A stretch of 64,000 bases of DNA, from NCBI GenBank assembly GCA_964016885.1, contig OZ024746.1, positions 95,356,001 to 95,420,000 of the forward strand, in the 5' to 3' direction. This stretch comes from Eledone cirrhosa (taxonomy: Eukaryota). Below, one piece after another: positions 38,839 through 51,445 of this stretch. The notes under the pieces were generated by a model. The model did no database searches and was not told the DNA's origin. It saw only the letters and a program-made list of their open reading frames with translations. Each line of letters begins with the position of its first letter. Position 1 is the first letter of the stretch. A program made the translations under genes and the position numbers.

Positions 38839-39369
38839 ACATCAATGCACACAGTCACTTGATAAGACTTCTAAACTATTTGGCTATTTAAAATTCTCAT
38901 TCATTGCATACCTGTAGCCAGGGCCTATGAGAGGGGGGTCCAACTGGTACTTTATTCTGGCAGCCAAGAGCTAAGAAGGCCGCACAACAACCATGCACCA
39001 TCCATTTTGAGAAAAATCTTTGCCTGCTTCGGTTAGACGGGTTGTCCTGTTGTTGGCAGTGTCCAGTATTGACATAATAATAAATCACTTACAAATGATA
39101 TTGGTCCTAGGATCACCTCCCAACTCACCACCAATGGTACGGAGTTAGCTACCCACAGGTGTGAGCCTTGTGAGCTGGAATGGCTCTTCCAGCACCTCTC
39201 CCTTACCATCCTCCAGGGAAACGCCTTTTCTATTCTGTCCGCTGAGTACTTGTATAAATAAACTTATGTTCATATATATGTGTGTTTGTATATGTAACTG
39301 GTGAGAAAGTGACATCTGAATGTGTGTCCTCCGCTTCCAACTAACTCACCCTCCGCCTCTCGGTCCCGG

Positions 39370-39715
39370 CTGTCAGGATGGAGAAGACATTGCTCAGGAA
39401 GATAGCAAGGTAGACACACTAGAACAGCCACTCCACCTTACAGGGCTTGCACCTGTGGATGGCCAACTCCACTCCAATAGCAGTGAGTACGGATATCGTT
39501 CGGGGGCGAAGAATGCCAGAAGTCGCAACCGCTACAGGCTCTAACACAAACCTGTCAGAGAGTGGCGGATACTTGGACAGATTGTCCTCTTGAACTTGGC
39601 AGGCAGCAGAGCCTGGGCTGATACCCGAATGCACCAGGTTGCCACTTGAGTAGGTGTCAAAGAATGTGGCATCCTAGATGAGGGGGCCTATCCTTGCGCT
39701 TTTTTACCAGTGGAT
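39370..39715 (-). mobile_element. CRE-like LINE endonuclease fragment
   Basis: LI*DATFFDTYS...GSAACQVQEDNLSKYPPLSDRFVLEPVAVATSGILRP follows the WDAT..DT / AA..AE..K..KY / P.A.ET.G pattern. Confidence 0.7.
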
Positions 39716-39719
39716 AGTG

Positions 39720-40230
39720 GATGAGGTTACTCTGAGAGCATAGCAGTTAGAATAAGAATGGGATGGTAAAAGTTCAGGGAGTTACTATTGCTGTTGACAA
39801 GAAAATATTTCTCTTAACAAAAGGCCCACTGCTTGATTCCTGCATGAAAAGTGCTGCATTGCATGGAAGTGAAACACAGGTAGCAAATGAAGAGGTTATG
39901 CAAAGGCTGAAGAAAAATGAAAAAAGTATGGTTCAAGGGATGTATGATCTTAATGCACAAGAATGGCAAAGCATAGATGAGCTGAGATAGAAACTATGTA
40001 TAGGAGGAATCAAATATAGTGTACAAAAGAGAAAACTGTGCTGGTATGATCATATAATCAACATGGATGATAATCGTTTAGTGAAGAAGTGTCAGAAGCT
40101 CCCAAATGGAGAGAACCTGCAGTAGAGAAATGCCAACAAAAAACTGAGTAGAATTGGTGGGAGCAGATCTCAAAATGCTGAACCTGACAGAGGAGATGAC
40201 AAAGGAAATCAGTGTATGAAGGGAGGCTAA
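39720..40230 (+). mobile_element. Old RTE C-terminal fragment
   Basis: SCMKSAALHGSETQVANEEVMQRLKKNEKSM. Confidence 0.7.
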
Positions 40231-40537
40231 TATGGAAAAAAAAACCATCCAACCTATGGTCCCTCCTGTGACTGGAATAAGCTTACATTACTGGTTATCT
40301 TCCCCTCGGTTACTCCTGTGCATCCTCTACAAAGTCTTCTCTTCCTGTTAGCTTATTTGTTATCCCATTACATTTCTTGTGTCTTCAAGATTCACATTGT
40401 GTACATTGTATGGAGTTCATGCCTACTCCCTTCCACACACACATATAATATAATAAGTAACATGAATAGAACAACTTTGCAGTTAAAGGGCTAACATTTA
40501 TTATATAATTCAGATATGTTTCGCCAGTGTATATATC

Positions 40538-40539
<2 letters not shown>

Positions 40540-40568
<29 letters not shown>

Positions 40569-41712
40569 AATTATTGTGTAAAGTGCTCAGGTGCACTACA
40601 ACTCGTCAAAGGTGCATGTATAGTACATAGAATAATATACAAATGTCAGGGAAGTGAATAGTGTATGAGTCATGATATACATGCGTGTATGTGTATAGAG
40701 GGGGAATATTAGGTGTAGTGTTGGCGAATCTCGGGAAGCATGGAGGTTTTGACAGCTAATAACTGATGCAGGTAGTTTGTTCCATGCTTCAGCAATTCTG
40801 AGCGTGATAAATGTTTCCAAAAGTCATGGGAACTGTGCTGTTTTCTGACTTTGTGGGCATGCCCACGTGTATTAGACGCATGGAGATCAAAAAGGTGCTT
40901 GGGTTGTTGTTGGCGAGATGGTTAATAATTTTGTGGGTGTTTAGCAAGTCAGTTTCCAGACGTCGGAGCTTCAATGTATCTATGCCCAGGGAAGCAAGGC
41001 ATTCAGAGTATGGTAGATGCCTGATGGAGGGTATTCTCTTGGTTGCACATCTCTGAACAGTTTCCAGGAGGTCAATATTCTGAGCAAGATGGGGGTTCCA
41101 GACTGCTGATGCAAATTCTAAGTGTGGCCGCACCATAGCTATGTACAGCTTTAAATAGATAGCTGGAGTGTGGCTGACAAAGGTCTTGCTGAGTGATGCT
41201 AAGACACCTCAGCCTTCTTGACAATTTTAGAGACGTGCTTCGTCCAATGCAAATCGCTGCTGACTGTAATGCCCAGGTCACATTCACAAGAAGACTTCTT
41301 GATATTACTGTTGTGGAGGTAGTATGTGGATGCTGGGTTTTTACTCCCAAAATGCATGGTGGTGCACTTGTCCACAGCTAGCTTGAGTTGCCAGTCTGTG
41401 ATCCAATGTTGCATTGTGTCCAGGTCAGATTGCAGGCAAGATCTATAGTGTTCAGGATCTGTCCTTTTTATCTCAAGGTACAGCTTGATGTCATCTGCAT
41501 ATTTCAGTACCGTGGCATTCTTTAAGTTGGCATCTATGTCATTAATATATACCACAAACAAAAGGGGGCCAAGAACAGATCCCTGTGGTACACCAGATGA
41601 CATCTCATATGGTGAGGAATGCTGTCCTAGAACCGTGACTATCTCTCTTCTGAGAATGAAGGACTTCAACCAGTTAAAAAGATCATCCTTCACACCCATT
41701 GCAGAGAGTTTT
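40540..41712 (-). mobile_element. 5'-truncated CR1-group LINE
   Basis: ORFs 41199-41699 and 40789-41136 are very similar to the 2385-3556 copy. The 3' end lies at an (AAT)n run. Confidence 0.9.
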
Positions 41713-41713
41713 G

Positions 41714-42180
41714 CTCATCATCATCGTTTAACGTCTATCTTCCACGCTAGCATGGGTTTTGACGGGAATTGTCCCACTTGAGGCAAGATTGGTCAGGAGA
41801 CCGTATCTCACTCGTATAGGACTGTCTGGCAGATTTTTATGGCTGGATGCCCTTCCTAACACCAACCACGTTTACAGTGTGGACTAGGAAGTTTTTACTG
41901 TGTTACCTACACGGCCATATTACAGCGTGGACTGTGTGCTTTTTTGTCGTGACACCTACACAACCTCATTTATTTTGGACTGGATGTTGTGGTACCAACA
42001 TAACTTTACAGAGAGAGGGTGGTGTTGGTGGGAGTGGGGGTGGAGTAGGGGTAGTGGGATGGGGGTGTATATTTGGTTAAGAGGTGCCTACTGACTGTAA
42101 GTTTCGCTATGTACATAGGCAAGGTGGGTCTTCTGTATTACTGCATAGCACCAAAAATCTCGGTCCAGCGACATTGTCTT
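41714..42180 (-). mobile_element. RTE 3' UTR and tail
   Basis: Reverse complement of a sequence similar to 14750-15199. Similar tails at 25871-26110, 26505-26745, 33143-33395 and 57146-57340. Confidence 0.8.
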
Positions 42181-42224
42181 ATCCAGTATATATATATATA
42201 TATCCAGTATATATATATATATAT

Positions 42225-42400
42225 CATGTTTAATATAGAAATGGCTTCTACAGGACTAGAACTGTTTCATTCAAAAGAAATCTTTCCTGGTGATTTCTTT
42301 TGAATGAAACAGTTCTAGTCCTGTAGAAGCCATTTCTATATTAAACATGGTGTTTACACTCTACTAATGTATTGAGTACCTTACTTACTGTGATTACCCC
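42225..42400. repeat. Palindromic pLTR-like element, family 2 (arms 42225-42349, plus tail)
   Basis: 58-bp perfect arms with degenerate CTGGTGA...GAAAC at the axis. Second copy at 56666-56850 shares the tail ACTCTACTAATGTATTGAGTACCTTACTTACTGTG. Confidence 0.75.
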
Positions 42401-45175
42401 ATCGTTTTACATCCATTTTCCACACTGGCATGGGTTAGACAAGTTGTCCTGTTGTGGGTAATGTTAGGTCAGGTGACCATGTCTTGCTCATACAGAACTG
42501 ATTTGGGTTTGGTTTCTACAGCTGGATGCTCTTCCTAACGCCAACCTCATTTACAGAGAGTACTGGGTGCTTTTTGTTGTGATACCTACATGACCACTTT
42601 ACAGTGTGGACTGGGTGCTTTTTGTTGTGATACCTACATGACCACTTTACAGTGTGGACTGGGTGCTTTTTGTTATGACACCTACATGACCACTTTACAG
42701 TGTGGACTGGGTGCTTTTTGTTGTGACACCTACATGACCACTTTACAGTGTGGACTGGGTGCTTTTTGTTGTGACACCTACATGACCACTTTACAGTGTG
42801 GACTGGGTGCTTTTTGTTGTGACACCTACATGACCCCTTTACAGTGTGGACTGGGTGCTTTTTGTTGTGACACCTACATGACCCCTTTACAGTGTGGACT
42901 GGGTGCTTTTTGTTGTGACACCTACATGACCACTTTACAGTGTGGACTGGGTGCTTTTTGTTGTGACACCTACATGACCCCTTTACAGTGTGGACTGGGT
43001 GTTGTTTGTTGTGACACCTACATGACCACTTTACAGTGTGGACTGGGTGCTTTTTGTTGTGACACCTACATGACCACTTTACAGTGTGGACTGGGTGCTT
43101 TTTGTTGTGACACCTACATGACCACTTTACAGTGTGGACTGGGTGTTGTTTGTTGTGACACCTACATGACCACTTTACAGTGTGGACTGGGTGCTTTTTG
43201 TTGTGACACCTACATGACCCCTTTACAGTGTGGACTGGGTGTTGTTTGTTGTGTCACCTACATGACCACTTTACAGTGTGGACTGGGTGCTTTTTGTTGT
43301 GACACCTACATGACCACTTTACAGTGTGGACTGGGTGTTGTTTGTTGTGACACCTACATGACCACTTTACAGTGTGGACTGGGTGCTTTTTGTTGTGACA
43401 CCTACATGACCACTTTACAGTGTGGACTGGGTGCTTTTTGTTGTGACACCTACATGACCACTTTACAGTGTGGACTGGGTGTTGTTTGTTGTGACACCTA
43501 CATGACCACTTTACAGTGTGGACTGGGTGCTTTTTGTTGTGACACCTACATGACCCCTTTACAGTGTGGACTGGGTGTTGTTTGTTGTGACACCGACATG
43601 ACCACTTTACAGTGTGGACTGGGTGTTGTTTGTTGTGACACCTACATGACCACTTTACAGTGTGGACTGGGTGCTTTTTGTTGTGACACCTACATGACCA
43701 CTTTACAGTGTGGACTGGGTGTTGTTTGTTGTGACACCTACATGACCACTTTACAGTGTGGACTGGGTGCTTTTTGTTGTGACACCTACATGACCCCTTT
43801 ACAGTGTGGACTGGGTGTTGTTTGTTGTGACACCTACATGACCACTTTACAGTGTGGACTGGGTGCTTTTTGTTGTGACACCTACATGACCCCTTTACAG
43901 TGTGGACTGGGTGTTGTTTGTTGTGACACCTACATGACCACTTTACAGTGTGGACTGGGTGCTTTTTGTTGTGACACCTACATGACCACTTTACAGTGTG
44001 GACTGGGTGCTTTTTGTTGTGACACCTACATGACCCCTTTACAGTGTGGACTGGGTGTTGTTTGTTGTGACACCTACATGACCACTTTACAGTGTGGACT
44101 GGGTGCTTTTTGTTGTGACACCTACATGACCCCTTTACAGTGTGGACTAGGTGTTGTTTGTTGTGACACCTACATGACCCCTTTACAGTGTGGACTGGGT
44201 GTTGTTTGTTGTGACACCGACATGACCACTTTACAGTGTGGACTGGGTGTTGTTTGTTGTGACACCTACATGACCACTTTACAGTGTGGACTGGGTGCTT
44301 TTTGTTGTGACACCTACATGACCCCTTTACAGTGTGGACTGGGTGCTTTTTGTTGTGACACCTACATGACCCCTTTACAGTGTGGACTGGGTGCTTTTTG
44401 TTGTGACACCTACATGACCACTTTACAGTGTGGACTGGGTGTTGTTTGTTGTGACACCTACATGACCACTTTACAGTGTGGACTGGGTGCTTTTTGTTGT
44501 GACACCTACATGACCCCTTTACAGTGTGGACTGGGTGTTGTTTGTTGTGACACCTACATGACCACTTTACAGTGTGGACTGGGTGCTTTTTGTTGTGACA
44601 CCTACATGACCCCTTTACAGTGTGGACTGGGTGTTGTTTGTTGTGACACCTACATGACCACTTTACAGTGTTTTGGCCTGTCCTCATGAGAGATATATGG
44701 GAGGGTGGGGTGGGTGATTGGGTGGTACATACTGTGCCCGTGGGAAGTTGGGTCTCCTGTATTACAGCATAACGCCTTTGAGAGGTGCAATTGGGCAAGG
44801 TCTTCCTGGGTCTCTCCACTCCAATGCTTCCATCGACTTTGAACGCTCTGCACCTTTTTATGCAACTGTCATCCTTCATATGCATTACATGTCCATACCA
44901 ACGTAATCTCCTCTCCTGCACACAGCATTTGATTCCTCTTATGCCTAGTTTCTCTCTCAGTTCATTTATGCTTTGCCAATCACATGACTGTTACACATCC
45001 ATCTATTACTATTACACATCAATTGGAGCATACAGGCTTCATTTCTTTTCAATCGATGCAAGTCTTCTGCACACAGTACCCATGTCGCACTACCTTGCAA
45101 CATTGCTGTTCACATGCATGCATCATACAGTCTACCTTTCATTCTGAGGGAAAAGCCTTTTGTAGCCAGCAGTGC
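42401..45175 (-). mobile_element. Truncated RTE LINE whose 3' UTR contains the 48-bp array
   Basis: RT C-terminus ERRLRWYGHVMHMKDD at 44690-45175 and the RTE terminal segment at 42401-42550 flank the array. Confidence 0.85.
42548..44670. repeat. 48-bp tandem array, about 44 units
   Basis: Unit ACAGTGTGGACTGGGTGCTTTTTGTTGTGACACCTACATGACCACTTT. Confidence 0.97.
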
Positions 45176-45233
45176 ATATGTGTTGTCATTTAAATGCCTA
45201 TAAATCTACAACTCATCATTAATATCTCTTTAC

Positions 45234-45410
45234 GGCGGTGGATTGGCAATTTTGGTAGAGGGTCGGACGCCATGCTTTGACGGTCCTTGCCATTCTGAGT
45301 TCAAATCCAGCCGAGGTTAACTTTGCCTTTCATCCTTATGGGGTCGATAAAATAAAGTACCAGCAATACACTGGGTAATTGCTGGCCTTGTGCCAAAAGT
45401 AGAAACAATT
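45234..45410 (+). mobile_element. tRNA-derived SINE copy
   Basis: Same family as 541-730, flanked by an ATTAATATCTCTTT direct repeat (TSD-like). Confidence 0.85.
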
Positions 45411-45481
45411 AATATCTCTTTACATATAAGCAATTCTTTAAGGACAAAATTTCAAGCTGTTTTGTATAAAATCTTTTCCAG

Positions 45482-45573
45482 GGTTTACGACGATCCTTGA
45501 TTATTATCCTTTGTGCTATTTTTACAATCATCATTCTTCCCATGTCTGTCATTTTCTTTCTCTGTCAAAGAAG
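45482..45573 (+). CDS. Exon D (transmembrane helix)
   Basis: TCTTTTCCAG acceptor, AAG|GTGAGT donor, phase 0 in and phase 2 out. GLRRSLIIILCAIFTIIILPMSVIFFLCQRR. Confidence 0.85.
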
Positions 45574-46849
45574 GTGAGTTACTAATTTTTTTAACTTTTT
45601 TTCTTACCATTCTTGTCTGTATAAGTGTTTTTCTTCTTCTTTATCACCCTCTTATTTCTGAGAGGGTCGTGGTGGCAGATTCCCCAAACACTCCTTCCAG
45701 CAGGTCCTGTCAGAAGCAAATATCTTCAATTGATCTGGCTGGATTCCCAAGTGAGACCAACTGAGCTCATGAATGTAATCCAGTCATCTTGTTCGAGGTC
45801 TACCCCTGGCTCTCCTATTGGTTGATTTTGCCCATAAAATCTGTCCACATAAGTTTAGTATCAGAATTACGATCTTTCAATTTTGAAAAATAGCAGCTCT
45901 ACCTGGAGTGAACCTCTTACTTCTCAGCTACACACTCCATCAAGTATCGTTATTCCAAAGACTCTTCAGAGGAACCCCATTTTGGCCACTTGTATTCGCA
46001 ATCATATTCCTTCAGTCATTAGCCAAGATTCATGACCATAGGCAAGGATTGGCACGAATACCGAAATGAAGATAGGGAGTTTGTCTTTTACACCTACCTC
46101 CCTTCTTATGATTACTGAATGATGAAGCTGCTGTATTACTGCACCAGCTTTTGTAATTATTGCACTTAATTCAGCCTCCTGCCTTCCATCACTCACGAAC
46201 ATGGCCCCAAGACCCTTGAACTTCTCTACCTGCTTCAGTGGAACTCGACTCACATGTAGAGTAAACTGCACAGGCTTCAGTTTCTAAAAGTGAAGATAGT
46301 GAACTGTTAGAGTTGTTATAGCATCAGATAGAATGTTTGTGGTATTCATTCCAGCTCTCTACACTGAGTTCAAATCCCAGTGAGGCCAACTTTGCCTTTC
46401 ATCTTTTCAGGTGTTGATTCTTTATTTCTGTTTTTTTTCTCTAGAAGAAATCACCTGTTGTCCAACTTAGAGAGAAATGGGTGCTGACAGGTTCAAAAAG
46501 CCCAAGACATTAAACCCCTACGTCATTAGGAATTATAGGGTCAGGAATCAGTGATCTATATAAGTAGAAAACTAGATTAGACTGCAGTCCTTTCTAACCC
46601 AATCCACACACTTCAACATCACTTAACACTATTTTAACCACAGGAATCATGCAATGCAGATTCAGTTTGAGCAAAGTTAAAAATACATAGTCATTCATGC
46701 AATCATATATTTACCTTATTGGTATAATGCAGTGGTTACTCAAACTTTTTGGGCCACTGCCCCCCTCCCTCACGGCCACGTAATACCCTCAGTGACCCCC
46801 CAACCCTATTTCCAGAGAGACCTATCTACATGCAAATTGTAAATAATAT

Positions 46850-47236
46850 ATATATATATAAAACTGAGGATGTCTGTCTGTGTGTGTCTGTGAGTTTGAA
46901 TCCCTAAAATTCGAGAAGTACCCAACCGATTTTTTTCAAACTTTACATGTGTATTACTTATGTTTCAGGGAGTGTTATGCACATAAAATTCAACTTTTTG
47001 ATCCCCTAGGGCCCACATTAGGTGAAAAACTGCGTTTTTTTTTCAGCTTTTTAGGGGTTTTTTGAGGCGTTACGTCAGACCGATTTCCTTGAAATTGTAA
47101 CTATGTATTAGTCAGTCTCTTCTTCATACCGTGAGCAAAGAAAATCCAGGCATGCAGTTTTTCCACGATGAGGTCTGATGGCGGGCCTTGTTCCAAAATA
47201 CTTTATCCTGTGCAACGCCAGGTACCACTACTAGTA
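46850..47236 (+). mobile_element. Non-autonomous Helitron-like element nested in a hAT-like MITE (about 46730-47690)
   Basis: 5' TATATATAAAACTGAGGATGTCTGTCTGTG and 3' GCAACGCCAGGTACCACTACTAGT (CTAG end). The host begins CAGTGGTTACTCAAAC and has inverted blocks at 46811-46850 and 47597-47684. Confidence 0.55.
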
Positions 47237-47821
47237 TATAATAAATAAAATTGTTAATTTATATATAATAAATAATATAATATATATTATGTATAATTAA
47301 ATATATATTTTTTATTTTACTATATTTATATATATGTAATCATTTGATATTTAATATATACAATCATATCATCTCTACCACCCTCCACCACAGCCCCTTA
47401 GGCCCCAGTGCCCCCCTGGATCTTCCCAACCTTCCCCCCTGCCGGGGAGGGCGGTAGAGATGTTATATAAGTATATTAAATATCAAATGATATATATTAT
47501 ATATAAATATAGTAAAATAAAAAAATGCTATATATTTTATAAATACATAGTATATATTATATTATTTATTGTATATAAGTTAATGATTTTATTTATTATA
47601 TATTATTTACAATTTACATGTAGACCTACATCATCATCAAAAGCGGACGTAAAAGGATGATGATGATGATGTAGGTCTCTCTGGGTACGTTTGCCATAAT
47701 AATTTTCAATTATGTATTTTAGTGTCATTAGTCAATTACTACATTTTATACACACACAATATTAATACAATGTTTACTGATAAAAGTTTTGTCTAATTCA
47801 TCTTTTGTGTTTTATTTCCAG

Positions 47822-47972
47822 AAAAGGTCATTATAAGATGAAGAATGTTACAACTTCTTCAGAAGAAGAACAAGAAGTAGAATTGAATGATCAAGAAAGT
47901 ACAACATCATGTGAAGGACATGTCATAGAGTTAAAAGATTTAAATGAATCATATCATATAATCCCATATTGA
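47822..47972 (+). CDS. Exon E, terminal coding exon (acidic cytoplasmic tail)
   Basis: TTTTATTTCCAG acceptor, phase 2 in. KGHYKMKNVTTSSEEEQEVELNDQESTTSCEGHVIELKDLNESYHIIPY*, stop TGA at 47970-47972. Confidence 0.8.
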
Positions 47973-48017
47973 AATATTATTTCAATTTTCCTATATGTAA
48001 AAAGAAGTAATGTATCA

Positions 48018-48630
48018 TTAACCCTTTAGCATTTAAACCGGCTGTATTCAGCCAGAACTCTCTCACCACATTCTTTTCAAACCAGCTGTAACCAGCCGCT
48101 CATACTGATGTTAAGGTATTGTTCTCAAAATAAATAACATCAAAATTTCATAGATTCAATATCATGTGAGATAATTATGTAAGATAAAGCCTTTACCACA
48201 AAAGTTCAATAGTAAATATAGAGTAATGTTAATATGGAACTTGAGTTTGCCATGAATGAGGCAATGGTCTGTGAGACATTCCACACTGGGCATCACTCTG
48301 GTATGCAAGATGTCTTTCAGATCACACTGTTGCACTAGAATATAATCAATGAGGTGCCAATGTTTGGACCAAGGATGCAACCAAGTTGTTTTCAAATTGT
48401 TATTCCTTTGGAAGATGGTGTTCATAACAAGTTGATTCTCTGAGCAGAACATCAAAATAAATATCAAAATTTCATAGATTCGATATTATGTGAGATAATT
48501 ATGTGAGATAAAGCCTTTTCTGTGAAAATACAATAGTAAATATAGAGTAATGTAAATGTTATGTGAGATAAAGCCTTTTCTGTGAAAATACAATAGTAAA
48601 TATAGAGTAATGTAAATGCTAAAGGGTTAA
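48018..48630. mobile_element. piggyBac-like MITE containing a captured BovB-like fragment (48228-48428) and internal duplications
   Basis: TTAACCCTTTAGCATTT...AAATGCTAAAGGGTTAA ends. Confidence 0.8.
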
Positions 48631-48844
48631 ATGTTGACAAATGCTGGTACTAACAGATTATATCTGTTAGTACCAGCAGTTACTCTGTCTATTGGAAAGT
48701 TCTTCAGTGTTCAATAAGTTCAACTGACAATAATCAGGCCAGGCCAGACCAGAGTGTCTGTAGGGTGGGTGGCGAAAGGAAGTTGACATTGGTCTACAAT
48801 TTTGAGAAGGCCTACACAATGTAAGTTTCAGACATGTAATAATT

Positions 48845-49270
48845 TTCAGGGTCTACATTTCTCATCTAGCTTAAGCCTACATTTCACATCTGACCTGGGC
48901 CTTATTACCAACTCTGAAGGCTTACATTTCACATCTAGTAAAGACCTATTACCTACTTTGAGAGCCTATATTTCACATCTGGCCTGATCCAATAAGATTT
49001 GAGGGCCTACATTCCACATTTGGCCTAGACCTATTACAAGCTTTGATGGCCTATATTTCACATCTGGCCTGAGCCAATAAGTTTTGAGGGCCTACATTTC
49101 ACATTTGGCCTCGGTTTATTATGAGCTTTGAAGGTTTACATCTCACATCTGGCCCTGGAGCTATTATAAGCTTTGAAGGCTTGCATTTCATATCTGGCAA
49201 AGATTTATTTTCTGCTTTGGAAGTACACACTTTACACCTGGCCTGAGCCTATTACCAGCTTTGTGTGAGC
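48845..49270. repeat. Diverged 41-45 bp tandem repeat, about 10 units
   Basis: Recurrent GGCCTACATTTCACATCTGGCCT...ATTA..AGCTTTGA. Confidence 0.8.
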
Positions 49271-49995
49271 CTGCCCACAAGCAAAGCAACAACATCCTTT
49301 TTCTTTTTTCTTCATTCTCAAATGAAGGGCAGGATCCTTGCAATATTGGGTTCTTCGTTTCACACAACAATAGTATTTATGAAATTCGTCTAGGAACTCT
49401 TTTATAGATTAATTGTTGCTTCAAGGGTTTCCTGATTTTACTCAGTTACTTTATCTACATTAGTTAGTAATAAGAAAATATATAGACTTGAAAAACCTGG
49501 TCTTCAGATACAACATTGATCACTTGCTCTGGTTGATCGACAAGATCCCAGACCTCATTCACTTACCAAGTGGGGTGGACCTCGTCAAATTGGACCAAAG
49601 AAACGATTTCCATTAGTCTTTCCATTGCTGACACTATCTAGCAGTTGCAACTCCTAGCAGAAAGAATAACATGAAATAAAGTGTCTTGCTCAAGGATACA
49701 ACACATCACCTGGTCCGAGAATTGAACTCACAACCTTATGATTGAGAATCCAACTCTAAACCATGTGCCTTCACACAACATTGATAATCCACCTCCATAA
49801 ATAATGTTTCAATGTTTATTCTGATATCAGTCCCTACTTCTAATATACAACCACAAGCCAAAAAGAAATCCGGAATTATCTCTCAAATATCCATTAGCAA
49901 CCGTTTCAAACATTTCATATCTGTACAGAAACAGTTTAGGATTTAACCAAAGTTGTGAAAAATGTGTATGTATATTTCTATATGTAAACATTTTT

Positions 49996-50234
49996 TAACC
50001 CTTTAGTTACCAACCCGGCCAAAACCAGCTTTGGTTCAATGAAATAAAACCACCCATTTTAAAGGTTTCCAATTTAAATTAAAATCTTCCAACATAATTT
50101 TATATAAGCACCTTACATTAAGTTACAATCTTAGTAATGAAATAATTACTAATTTTAGTAAATCCCTCAAAATGCTCCATTAATGAATGAAAATAGATTG
50201 AATTTTATTATAAATGCAGTCATGAAAGGGTTAA
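49996..50234. mobile_element. piggyBac-like MITE, family 2
   Basis: TTAACCCTTT...AAAGGGTTAA ends. Relatives at about 31380-31465, 52913-53145 and 60337-60596. Confidence 0.7.
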
Positions 50235-51015
50235 GGTATTTCTCTGTAGATTATAAAAGATGAGCAGCTTCAGCCAACTTTCAATTGTTGTTGAAGCTCC
50301 CTACATCTCCCATTATCCCCATAAAAATACATAACAAAAGACTTTATAAAATTATCAAATATGGCAGTAACAGTGGACTGAATGTTTGCCAAGTGTCTTT
50401 TTTTTAAAATTTACTGTCTCAGAATACCAAGGTAGAACTGCTACTTCTCCAAATTGAGGAGAGATCAAAGCTCCGATATTCTGGGCATGTGGTTAGAATG
50501 TCTCAGGAAAGAATCACTGGACAGATTTTATGGGCAGGAGATCCAGAGCAAAATGGTTGGATAACATCCATGAGCTTGGCTGGTCATGCTTGGGGATCCA
50601 GTCAGATCAGTTGGAGATGGTTGCTTCTGACAGGACCCACTGGAAGGAGTGTTTGAGGACTTTGCCCCCATGACCCTCTCTGGAATAAGTGGGCGAAGAA
50701 GAAGCCTCAGAATATTATTGAGTTATTGTACTCTAATCTTTTATTACAGAGCTCTGATACGTACTCTATTACATTACCAATGTCATCATTATCCTATATA
50801 TTCACCATAACACACATCTAATCATTCTGTTACCATTTGACATGCTATTTAGTACAACAGATTTATTGTAGCTTATTAAGAAAGACCAGCAACTTTTATT
50901 TAAACAAAACCAAAAAAATTAAACGATGAACATTTATTCTGATTAGTCAATTTGTTTTACTTTCACGAGTTGGAGAGAGAATTCATTTTATATCTCATTA
51001 TTTTGTAGCAAAAAA

Positions 51016-51445
51016 GGGCGGTGGATTGGCAGTATCGGTAGAGGGTCGGACACCATGCTTTGAAGCATATAGTTACGGCCCTTTACGATCTGAGTTCAAA
51101 TTCCGCTGAGGTTAACTTTGCCTTTCATCCTTACGAGGTCGATAAAATAAAGTACCAGTAATGCACTGGGATAATTGCTGGCCTTGTGCCAAAAGTAGAA
51201 ACAATTATCTTGTAGCAAAAAAAGGTGGGCGATTGGCAGAATCAGTAGAACGTCGGACATGCTTTGTAGCATTGAGTTGCGGCCCTTTATGTGTCTGAGT
51301 TCAAATCCCACCATGGTTAGCTTTGCCATTCATCATTACAGGGGCGATAAAATAAAGTACCAGTCATATACTTGGAGGGGGGGGGGTTAATTGACTTTTC
51401 CCTCCCCTCAAAATTGTTGGCCTTGTGCCTAAATCAGAAACCATT
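51016..51445 (+). mobile_element. Two tRNA-derived SINEs in tandem
   Basis: A and B boxes plus the conserved body. TTGTAGCAAAAAA is repeated at the junctions. Confidence 0.8.

Noticed and set aside
36575-38858. 756-aa and 230-aa Ser/Leu ORFs
   Set aside because: Translation of the pyrimidine strand of the 44-bp repeat.
42590-44921. 699-aa Cys-rich and 555-aa basic ORFs resembling metallothionein- or keratin-associated proteins
   Set aside because: The 48-bp unit derives from an RTE 3' UTR, and both strands are open only because the period is a multiple of 3.
46445-46490. Alternative terminal exon (RNHLLSNLERNGC*) after a strong acceptor
   Set aside because: Phase-compatible with exon D, but similar GAAGAAATC... 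sequence recurs at about 27590, 51680 and 52023, suggesting a repeat. Unsupported without RNA data.
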